A program made the translations under genes and the position numbers. Below, piece by piece: positions 36,639 through 46,746 of a DNA stretch of 64,000 bases (position 1 is the first letter of the stretch; each line of letters opens with the position of its first letter). The stretch covers positions 186,001-250,000 of the forward strand of contig OZ251253.1 in assembly GCA_965240325.2 (NCBI GenBank). Reading direction: 5' to 3'. The notes beneath the pieces are model-generated. The model worked only from the letters and a program-made list of their open reading frames with translations. It did not search any database and was not told the origin of the DNA. The DNA is from Rebecca billardiae RCC1528 (Eukaryota > Protista > Haptophyta).

Positions 36639-38200
36639 TGGCGGGCCGTAGGTCCGCCCCTTGTAGTGCCCGGGAAAAAGATAAGAAAAAGAAAAATGAA
36701 AAAGAAAATCGCCTCGCAGAGAAAAGAAAATCGCTTCGCTCACTACCGGGCGCCCTCGCAGCTCCCACTGGGGACGCTCGGCCGAAAACCATATGGCGCC
36801 TGGCGCGGAGCGCGTGGGCCGCGCGCGCCGAATCCAACGCCGGCGCGGACATCGTGAGAGGACTCCCGAGGGGGGTTTTCGCCCGATTTGCGATTGCTGC
36901 CCTCGTCGTCTCGCGTGCAGGTCGAACGGGGGCTAAATCGACGCGTTTGGAGCGGTACGCTCGGCGCGTCGACACGATCGTGAGACCTGGGGCGATCCTC
37001 GCCCGACGTGCACGTCGAAAGCTCGCACCGGCCATAACATCAAGAGCTGCGCACGATGACCGCCTCGCGCGATCCACCGTCGCGCGTCGGGCTCGGTGCG
37101 AGAAAGCCCTCATCACGAGGCGTCTCGCGGGCGGGAAGCGCCATCGCACGCGACGCAAGATTTGGCGCGGCCTTCTGAACTCGATCGCCGGAATCCGCGC
37201 ACCGGACTCAGTCAGTGCTCGCGGTCCGGTCCCTCAGCCGAAGCCCACGTCCGGCCTGCATGGCGTCGACGGTGACCATGCGACGGAAGCGCAGCGCCAA
37301 CGGCGTACGACGCGCAGCGGACGCACCTCCCGGGTCTGTCGCCGTGGCAGCAACCGCGTCATCGCGAGTTGGCGACCCTCGCCGCAGCGCGACACAGACA
37401 AGCCCGTGATGCCATCCGCAGAGAGATGAAACGTCGAGCATGCAACATCGCCGCGCCATGGCCTCGTCCATGGCGCAGGCGCTGCGGGACGAGGCGGAAG
37501 TCGTCACGCCGGTGACGGATGCGCTGCGATTCGTGTGCTCGCGTGAGCAGCGCTTGCCCACTCTCGATCGCGAGTGGCACACGCTGTCGCTGTGCGCGCG
37601 CGCGCGCACAACCAACAGCTCCTCGTGCCGCCGAGCACGCGAGCGCCAGACCTGTCGAAGATGCGAAGAGCGACGACCGCGTGAACGTCAACGCGCTCGT
37701 GCTCAGCGTGGTGGCCGTGTACGACGTCAACGCGACCTGCGCCGAGCCCATCATGCCTGGAGCCGACATCGACAAGCATCCTCGCGACGACCGCTCTCGG
37801 CTGGCGGCAGGAGGACATGCACATGATCTACTCTGGCGGCTTCGTCGGCGGCGAGGCGCTCGATTACGCCATCGCGGTCGACATGCGGCACATACAGCGC
37901 GTACCCGCGCTCGCACGGAGCAACGGGCTACCCGCCCCGCCCCGCGTGCTGCACATTCCCTCGTGGGTGTGGGCCTCTGCTGTCTGTGCTGATGCGCATA
38001 CAATGGCTCTAAGAGTACAGACCGTGAAACGTGTGTACATCACGTCGGGGAGCCAACTTCACGTGTCACTGGTCCTTGCACTCGACTGTCCGTCACCCAC
38101 GGCCACGAGCGAATGTGGTGGAAAGACGCGAACCCGCAAAGGATACATTGCGACAGCACTGGCACGGCCCGCCGACCCCCCCGCCCGCCAGGGCACAGTT
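36639..38200 (+). mobile_element. Element F, copy 2
   Basis: Inserted 13 bp from F1; no TSD; differs from F1 at several positions. Confidence 0.9.
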
Positions 38201-38326
38201 TATATTCTTGCAAGCGATGGCGGACACGTTGACCAATCCCTGCTCACCATTCCTTGCAGATGGCAGAATCAAGCTGAAAGCTTATTCAAGGGATCGACCA
38301 ATCACCAACAAACCGGTGGGAAAAGG

Positions 38327-39445
38327 CAAGGGGAGTCAGGGTACAGAACGTCCAGTTGGGCTGCAGCTGGAGCTTGGGTCCAAAAGCTTCCCGCGGCGCA
38401 GCGGCACTCGCCGCCGCCGCCGCCGTCGAGGGGCGGTTGTGGCGCGCACGGCGTGAGCCGCTGCGGGCGCTGAGGTGCGCGCGACGGCGGCGCGCCCGGC
38501 GGCGCTGCTGTAGGAGGCCACTGCCCTCCTCTCTGCCCCGCGCGCTTCGCTCGTCGTCGCCGTCTCCGCGCCTGCGACTCAGCGCGCACGCGAGCGCGGC
38601 ACCGCCCGGCAGCCGGGGCAATCTCTGCCGTGACTGCGCATGTGCGTCGCGACCTGGTCGGCCCAGCGCGCGAGGCGCGTGCGGGCGAGGTAGGGCCAGT
38701 ATGGGCGCGCGCCATGCCGCCTCAAGTAAGCCCATCAGAGCGTACAACAGGGAACTGAGCACGTGTGTCTGGTTGGCCGCTCAGTGGACTGTGTTCAAGC
38801 AATGCACGGGCCATCGTCGAGGCGATCTCGAGGCACTCAGTCAAAACGTCAGTTCAGCGCGCAGACGACCTGGGTGAGAGTCACTGACAATGTATGACTC
38901 GCATGATCACAAAAGGCTCTGCAACTATCGCGTCTGTACGCCTACTGCCTCGATCGTGCACACTGACGCCTGCGCTTGGGTGCCGCATTGTTTGTCAACG
39001 TTGTCGACAGAGGTGCAAGGCCCGCGACATGCCCACCGGCGCAAGGTCGAGGCGGCATGGCGCGCGCCCATACTGGCCCTACCTCGCCCGCACGCGCCTC
39101 GCGCGCTGGGCCGACCAGGTCGCGACGCACATGCGCAGTCACGGCAGAGATTGCCCCGGCTGCCGGGCGGTGCCGCGCTCGCGTGCGCGCTGAGTCGCAG
39201 GCGCGGAGACGGCGACGACGAGCGAAGCGCGCGGGGCAGAGAGGAGGGCAGTGGCCTCCTACAGCAGCGCCGCCGGGCGCGCCGCCGTCGCGCGCACCTC
39301 AGCGCCCGCAGCGGCTCACGCCGTGCGCGCCACAACCGCCCCTCGACGGCGGCGGCGGCGGCGAGTGCCGCTGCGCCGCGGGAAGCTTTTGGACCCAAGC
39401 TCCAGCTGCAGCCCAACTGGACGTGCTGTACCCTGACTCCCCTTG
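38327..39445. mobile_element. Foldback element A, copy 2 (complete)
   Basis: CAAGGGGAGTC...GACTCCCCTTG with arms of about 395 bp and TSD GAAAAGG on both sides. A related uninterrupted flank sequence is at about 33015-33118. Confidence 0.93.
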
Positions 39446-39528
39446 GAAAAGGCGTATCCCTAATCCCGCCTCGAGAGCTCGCACCTGTCCTCCGCCGGCG
39501 GGCCGGCGCAGGGAACTCGGGCATCGCG

Positions 39529-42500
39529 ATGATGAGCCAACCGTTCGACAGCAGTCCGGGCGCGCAGGGTATGGACGCCTTGGAGATGTTCTCGGCCATC
39601 AACCAGATGTCCGAGCAGGAGTTCAGCTCGCTCGTCCACGAGATCGACAGGATGGGAGGAGAAGGAGCTCTTCCTCCTCCTCGCGGGCGCGCGGCGCAAG
39701 CCGACACGTCCGTGCCGCCCGTGCCGGCTGAGCCGACTTCGATGTCGGCGCAACAGCCTACGGGCTTTCTTGTGGTCCTGTGGCCGCAGACGCTCGCATT
39801 GACGCCCACGCAACAGCAGGAGATGATGGCACACATCGCTGCGACCATGGGCCCGCAGCAGACACAGCTGCAGCTGCAGCAGTGGCAACATCCGGCGCAG
39901 CAGGGGGGGCAGATCCAGCCGCTGCAGCAGTCAGTCGTGGCGCAACCTGCACAGGCGCAGCCGCCAGCGCCCATGGAAGTGGGCCCGCCCACTGCGCATC
40001 CGGCGGCAGCTCCGGGGCGGGTCGGCGACTGCGCCGGCGTCCCGGCAGCTCTCGCGCCCAGTTTGAGCACGGGCGGCGCGGCTGGTCCCAGCAGTGCTGG
40101 AGGCGGCGCGGCAATCGGAGCGGCGCCGAGCGGCGCCGCCGCGGCATCGAGCAGCCCAGCCGCGGGCGCGGCGCTTGCGGCGCCAAGCGGCCGCTGCGCG
40201 GCACCACAACAGGCCATCCCACCACCTTCTCTGGGCGTCGATCCAAAGTCACCGGCGGGCCGATTCCGCGACAAACTCCACACGATATTCAAGAAGGCGG
40301 CAGGGGAGTACTGCGCGTACCTGACTTCGCGGTTGCAAGCGCAGCGCGAAGGTCGCCAGCCGCCACAGGACTACTTGCTGGCGGACAAGCTGCAGAAGGA
40401 GTTTGACCGCCACATCGACTTTGGCGACGATGTCGCCCTGCGCAACGAGCTGCTGTTCAAGGCGCTTGACCCGCTCAAGGACACCTGCTTCTTTGCGTGC
40501 GCGGCGCCAGGCGGGTGCATGAAGGACGGCTTCGTCGACGCAAAAGCCACCATCGACGCTGCCGACAAGGCCCGCGCGGCGCTGGTGACGGCGCTGGATG
40601 CGGCGATGAGACACCGGCACGTCTACTTGGTTATCAAGCGCGAGGGCGAGTTGGCGAGCTACCACCCGCAGCAGGAGGTGGACGAGTTGCGGCGCATCGC
40701 CGAGCCGCATGGCAGCGAGCCGCGGAGGCGCACGGACATCACGATGAAGTCGATCGGGAGCAGGACAGGCTGCGTGCTCAACCTGCTGCTGCTGCGGCGC
40801 GACGCCGCGTTCGCGCTCCTCGCGGCTCTGCAGAGCGCACACCCGCCCACGCTGGGCGGCGAGCCGGTGCTGTGGGCCGTGATGCTCAAGATGGATTGCG
40901 AGGAGGTGGTGGAGCAGGTGCGCCTCGCCGCTCCCGCCGAGTGCTCCCTGGACGAGTGCGCCTCGATCGCGCGCGAGCTCGTGCGCGACGTGCTGCGCCA
41001 GCCTCTCGTCGTCTTCTCGAGCGCGCCCTCGGACGCAGCCGCGAGCGAGCGCGCGGCCGCGAGGGCGAGCGTGCGCACCGCCGCGCCCGCGGCCGCGGCT
41101 GCGCCGCCGCCGCCGGGGCCGAGCGCGGAGCCGAGCGAGGCGGCTGTGCTCGAGCGCTTCCGCGAGGTGAGCGGGCCCGAGCCAGCTATCATCGACGCGT
41201 TCGTCGATGAGGTCCGGCGTGAGGAGTCGGCGCTGCGCGGCGAGCTCGCGCTATTCGTCCGCGCGGCCGCGCGCGCCGCGGCCGCCGCGCCCGCATCGGC
41301 TGGCGCAACGGGCGCGCCGAGGGCCAGCCCTGGCCTGCTCTCCGGCTCCATACTGGATTCATCACGAAAGAGACGGCGCGACGATCCGCAGACCGCCGCC
41401 GAGCCGCTCACAGCGCCGCAGCCCGCCCGCACCGCTGCGGAGCAGCTCGAGGCGCTCGCGCGCGCTATGGGCGTGGGCTCGGCGGAGGAGCTGATGCGGC
41501 TGGAGGGGGCGAGTTGGGAGACGAATACAGCCGCTATGGGCGTGGGCTCGGCGGCGGCGGCGGCGCACGCGCAGGCGATCGCACACCTCGTCGCGCACAG
41601 TGCCAAGCTGAAGAAGCTCGATCTCAGCCTTGCGGACGCGGACGACGAGTGCGTGCGGCTGCTGGCGGAGGCGCTCCGCACCAACACCTCGCTGCAGACG
41701 CTCTGGCTGGGGTACGCGCACGCACGGCGCGGCGAGGCGCGCGGCGCGTGGCGCTTGCGGTGGAGTGGGGGAGGCAGGTTCGTGCGCCGTGTGTAGCGCG
41801 AGCACGCGCGCGCCGCGCCGCAGCAGCGCCGTCGCGCGAGGCTGCGGTCGTGCCCGGCGCGCGCACCGCCCCGCGCGCCACCCCCACTTTGGGCGGCGCA
41901 CGCGGCCGGTGCGGTGGCGCGCGCGCAGCATGGCGGTGCTGCGCGGTGCGCGTGGTGCGCAGCGGCGTTGGCTGACATCGCCCGTGTCATCCCGCGCGAC
42001 CACCGTGCTCGCCTCTCCGCGCGCGCCCTCCCCTCTGCGTGCCCCGCCTCGGCACACAGGGGCAACGAGCTGACGGACGTCTCCGCGCTGGCGGAGGCGC
42101 TCCGCACCAACACCTCGCTGCAGGAGCTCGACCTGACGTACGCGCATGCACGGCGTGGCGAGGCGGGCGGCGCGCGGCGCGTGCAGCGGGGTGGGGGAGG
42201 CAGGCCCGCGCGCCGCGTGCAGCGTGGGCACCCGCGCTCGGCGCCGCAGCAGCGCCGTCGCGCGAGGCTGCGGCCGCGCCCGGCGCGTGCGCCGCTCTGT
42301 GCGCGCCGCACAGCTGGCGGTGCGCAAGGCCTGGTCGGCGGCACGCCCGCGGCGGGTGCGGTGTGCGGTGCGTGGTGCGCAGCGGCGTTGGCTGACAGCG
42401 CCCTCCCCACCCCGTGCGACCGTCGTGCTCGCCTCTCTCCGCGCCCGTACTCCCCTCTGCGTGCCTCCGCTCGGCACACAGGGGCAACAAGCTGACGGAC

Positions 42501-43445
42501 GTCTCCGCGCTTGCGGAGGCGCTCCGCACCAACACCTCGCTGCAGTCGCTCGACCTGAGGTACGCGCACGCACGGCGTGGCGAGGCGGGCGGCGCGCGGC
42601 GCGTGCAGCGGGATGGGGGAGGCAGGGCCGCGCGCCGTGTGCAGCGTGGGCACCCGCGCTCGGCGCCGCAGCAGCGCCGTCGCGCGAGGCTGCGGCCGCG
42701 CCCGGCGCGTGCGCCGCTCTGTGCGCGCCGCACAGCTGGCGGTGCGCAAGGCCTGGTCGGCGGCACGCCCGCGGCGGGTGCGGTGTGCGGTGCGTGGTGC
42801 GCAGCGGCGTTGGCTGACAGCGCCCTCCCCGCCCCGCGCGACCGTCGTGCTCGCCTCTCTCGGCGCGCGCCCTCCCCTCTGCGTGCCTCCGCTCGGCACA
42901 CAGGGTTAACCAGCTGACGGACGTCTCCGGCACGGCGCTGGCGGAGGCGCTCCGCACCAACACCTCGCTGCAGTCGCTCTACCTGATGTACGCGCACGCA
43001 CGGCGCGGCGAGGCGGGCGGCGTGCGGCGCGTGCAGCTGAGTGGGGGAGGCAGGAGAGCGGGGGAGGCATGATCGTGTGCCGTTCGCAGCGTGGGCACCC
43101 ACGCGCGGCGCCGCAGCAGCGTCGTCGCGCGCGGCTGCGGCCGCACCCACAGCGAGCGCCCTGCTGCGCGCGTCGCCCCACAGCGGGTTGCGCGCGTCGC
43201 CGGTGCAGTGGTGCCTGCGCAGCAGGCGTGCACGCAGCGGTGCGGTGCGGTGCGGTGCGCGTTGTGCGCAGCAGCGTGCGCTGACGCCGCCCTTCCCACC
43301 CACCCCTTGCGACCGCCGCGCCCATCCCGCATCGTGCCCCCGCTCGACACACAGGGGCAACCGCCAGCTGAGCGATGGTTTGAGACGCGCCATTCGACAG
43401 GCCTGGGAAGGCAGTGGCCGCAAAAGCGGGGGCCTCGGCGTCTAG
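39529..43445 (+). CDS. RI/NLRC3-type leucine-rich-repeat protein, join(39529..41711,42060..42137,42482..42559,42904..42987,43355..43445)
   Basis: Four phase-2 GTACGC...CACACAG introns. Each internal exon (78, 78, 84 nt) encodes one LRR (xNxLTDVSALAEALRTNTSLQxLxLx). The terminal exon encodes a capping segment, AIRQAWEGSGR. Confidence 0.88.
41664..43360 (+). repeat. Tandem exon+intron repeat, period about 422-451 bp, 4 units
   Basis: GCGGAGGCGCTCCGCACCAACACCTCGCTGCAG recurs four times. Introns 2 and 3 are both 344 nt and nearly identical. Confidence 0.95.
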
Positions 43446-43561
43446 GGAGGCCTGGAGGATGGCGCGCGTTGGGCAGTGTTGCCACGCGCAGCCTTCGGCC
43501 CCCGCGCCCGCTGGCCGCTGCACGCAGGCGCCGACTGCTGCCGCCAGCAGCCGCCGACATC

Positions 43562-43661
43562 NNNNNNNNNNNNNNNNNNNNNNNNNNNNNNNNNNNNNNN
43601 NNNNNNNNNNNNNNNNNNNNNNNNNNNNNNNNNNNNNNNNNNNNNNNNNNNNNNNNNNNNN
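43562..43661. other. Assembly gap (100 N)
   Basis: A run of N. Confidence 1.
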
Positions 43662-44465
43662 CCGACATCGGCGGCAGCCGCGCCGTCTGTCCCCGGCACT
43701 GCTTGTGCTGCACGTGGCGCATCAGCAGTGATGGTCGCGCGGCCGGGCGGCAGTCGGCAGACGACGTCATTGATGGGGTCATCAGCAGTCGTGCACTCTC
43801 AGTAGTGATATACGTAGTGACGACGATCGAGCTAGCACAGTACCGCTGCCGGCAGCCGCCCCCGACTCGCTCAAGCTCACTCGCTGTCCGGGTCAGCAGT
43901 CGGCCATTCCGGCGCATCCCTGATCTGCCCAGGGCGCCGCGACGGCTCGGGCCGGCTCGGGCGGCGGCTGCGACGAGGGCGTGCTCCCAGCCCCCCTTGC
44001 GGGGCGTGCCTGGGGCACGGCGAGCTTTGGGCTGATTGCCAATGCGTAGGACGTTCGCCCCACCATGCCCAGTACGACACGACGGCGGACGTGTCCGTGA
44101 GCTGTACTCTACTCATCTCATAGCCTCGCCACTCATGCCGCGCATCGCCACAATGCTGCGCTCAGCGGCGGGTTTGTGCTGGTGGAAGGCTTCGCGTGGG
44201 GTCTCTGCAACGCCATCACCGCCTTCGGCCCACTCTGTCAGGACGCACGTCGCGCGTCCGTCGCCACGCGCTCGACCTCGCGTCCGCGGCCGCCATGACT
44301 TTCGGCGAAGATGATTCTGCGTCTCACCCACGGAAGGTTCGTCGCGCCGCTTCGGCCATCTCGACTTTCTAAACGCCATTTTACGCGGTGTGATCTCATC
44401 TTGCGGACATGGCCGGTGACATCACCACCGGGCACACAGCTTGTCGCCACCCTTCCAACCACAGC

Positions 44466-45400
44466 ATGGGGCAGACGGTCTCACGCCTGTTCGACAGCCT
44501 CTTCGCGCGAGACACGCGCGTGCTCATGCTCGGGCTCGACGGCGCGGGCAAGACCACCCTCCTGTACAAGCTCAAGCTCGACGAGCTCGTCACCACTATC
44601 CCCACGATCGGCTTTAATTGCGAGGAGGTGACGTACCGCAATCTGCACATGATGATCTGGGACATCGGCGGGCAGGACCGGATCCGCGCGCTCTGTGCGC
44701 GCCGCGTCGGCGCGCGCGCGCACGCGGACGCGGGGCGTCGTGCGCGCGCTCGCGGCTCCGCGTTGCGCGTCGTCACCAACGTTGACCTTCCCGACCGCGC
44801 GCCGCGGCCGCGTGCGCCCGCTGCACGACACCAGGGCGGCATTACTTCTACGCGACAGACTGCCTGGTGCGTCGAGGCGCGCGGCCCCGCCGGTGCTCGG
44901 GTGCCTCGGGGCCTGTTCGATATCCACTCATTCCGCCCCTGCCACACGCACACGCGCCACCGCTGCGCGCAGATCTTCGTCGTGGACTGCAACGACCGCG
45001 ACCGGCTGCACGAGGCGCGCGACGAGCTGCACCGCGTGCTGAACGACGAGGCGATGGACAACCCGCTCGTGCTGGTGTACGCGAACAAGTGCGCGCCGCG
45101 CGCTCCCCACGCCCGGGCCCCGCGTGGCGGCGCGCGCGCGACTCTGACTTGGGGCGCCAACCCTTGCCAACGTGCGCGGCGCTACCGCCGCCGCCGCCGC
45201 CGCGCAGGGGCGACCTGCCCAACGTGCTCACGGCGTACGAGGTGGCGGACGGCCTGAAGCTGCGCTCGCTGCGCAACACGTGGCACATCCAGCCGTGCAG
45301 CGCGGTGCGCGGCGACGGAGTCTTCGAGGGGCTCGAATGGCTCGGCGCGCAGGTGAACAAGCGACCCGTCGCGAAGGCGCGGCTCATGGCGGCGGGATGA
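44466..45400 (+). CDS. ARF: ADP-ribosylation factor family small GTPase, join(44466..44694,44835..44866,44973..45088,45208..45400)
   Basis: MG myristoylation start, [32 protein letters not shown] and CSA motifs. Three GT-AG introns restore the frame. Confidence 0.95.
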
Positions 45401-45530
45401 GGCCGGCCGGCCGGCCGGGTGTAGGAATAGAGCACCGGGTGACGTCAGTTCGCGTCATCGATGACGACATATTACCGTATACTCGGAGTTTGATCCCGTT
45501 CTTTTCCCGCGGATCAAACCCGTGCGTAGT

Positions 45531-45562
45531 CAAGGGGAGTCAGGGTACAGGACGTCCAGTTG
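45531..45562 (-). mobile_element. Displaced terminal 32 bp of element A copy 1
   Basis: CAAGGGGAGTCAGGGTACAGGACGTCCAGTTG abuts B2 and is flanked by the reverse complement of the A1 TSD. Confidence 0.9.
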
Positions 45563-46705
45563 GAGTGCACTCGAGCGAAAACGTGCCAGGCTACAGTTTA
45601 TTTGTTTTAACGTGCGTAAGGCTCACGGTGGCAGGTTGCCGCGCCATCCTTCATCGCACGCTCTCCGAAGAGAGACAGTAGGCATGCGCGGCCCAGTGCG
45701 GGCTAGGCATCGGGGGCGATGCCTAGCCCGGCCAGGCTAGGCATTCGCCCATACCCTCGCGTCTTCAGAACTTTCGGAAACGAAAGTCGCGCAAAGGCGG
45801 CCCCGGTCTTCTTTCACGGCGGCGCAAGGGGCGCGAGGGCGCTGGCTCGCGATCCGAAGGGCAGTCGCTCGCGACCTCGCTTGGGCGGCGGCAGCGGCGC
45901 TGCGGCATACTGTTTGCCACCCGCGCGGCTGTGTGCGATCGCGCGGTCCCGTTCGTCGCCACGCCGCGCGCGACCGTTCACGGCACAGTCTTTCCGCACT
46001 GTGAGCACCCCTTGCCAGCGCACGGCGGCGGAGAGCCCAGACAGCCCGTCACGCGCGCGACGTCCTTGTGGGATGCGATGTACCCAGGTTCTTTGGGTTC
46101 CCGGAGGCATGCGCTTGCCCACGGGGTGGGCAAGAGGATCATGGACGACTGCTGCGCTGTCCATGCCTCGTTGACCGATTGGCAGACGATGACTCATCTT
46201 GCAGCAGTAGAGAGTGGTCTGGATGCTGAACAGGCTCACCAAAACGCAGGCGCATGCTAGCATTAGGGTGAGTACATCGCATCCCACAAGGACGTCGCGC
46301 GCGTGACGGGCTGTCTGGGCTCTCCGCCGCCGTGCGCTGGCAAGGGGTGCTCACAGTGCGGAAAGACTGTGCCGTGAACGGTCGCGCGTGGCGTGGCGAC
46401 GAACGGGACCGCGCGATCGCACACAGCCGCGCGGGTGGCAAACAGTATGCCGCAGCGCCGCTGCCGCCGCCCAAGCGAGGTCGCGAGCGACTGCCCTTCG
46501 GATCGCGAGCCAGCGCCCCCGCGCCCCTTGCGCCGCCGTGAAAGAAGACCGGGGCCGCCTTTGCGCGACTTTCGTTTCCGAAAGTTCTGACGACGCGAGG
46601 GTATGGGCGAATGCCTAGCCTGGCCGGGCTAGGCATCGCCCCCGATGCCTAGCCCGCACTGGGCCGCGCATGCCTAGCCTGGCACGTTTTCGCTCGAGTG
46701 CACTC
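45563..46705. mobile_element. Foldback element B, copy 2 (opposite orientation to B1; 85-bp insert at 45594-45678)
   Basis: Same arms as B1, with the spacer reverse-complemented relative to B1. Confidence 0.92.
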
Positions 46706-46746
46706 GGACCGGGAGGGGGGGCTTTGCTTTTCGGGAGCCAAAGGAA

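Noticed and set aside
35061-38200. Simple tandem duplication or assembly stutter
   Set aside because: The empty site shows two separate insertion points, and the copies differ in sequence.
38319-39453. 9-bp TSD GGAAAAGGC suggesting a Mutator element
   Set aside because: Copy A1 fits only CAAGGGG ends with a 7-bp TSD, so the 9-bp match is coincidental.
38890-39528. N-terminal 213 aa of the 968-aa ORF
   Set aside because: It is read-through across non-coding foldback A2; the plausible start is ATG 39529.
41664-43360. CRISPR-like regularly spaced repeat
   Set aside because: The repeats are coding exons and the spacers are homologous introns; there are no cas genes and the context is eukaryotic.
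44466-45400. Apparent insertions or non-canonical introns in ARF
   Set aside because: All three resolve as canonical GT-AG introns.
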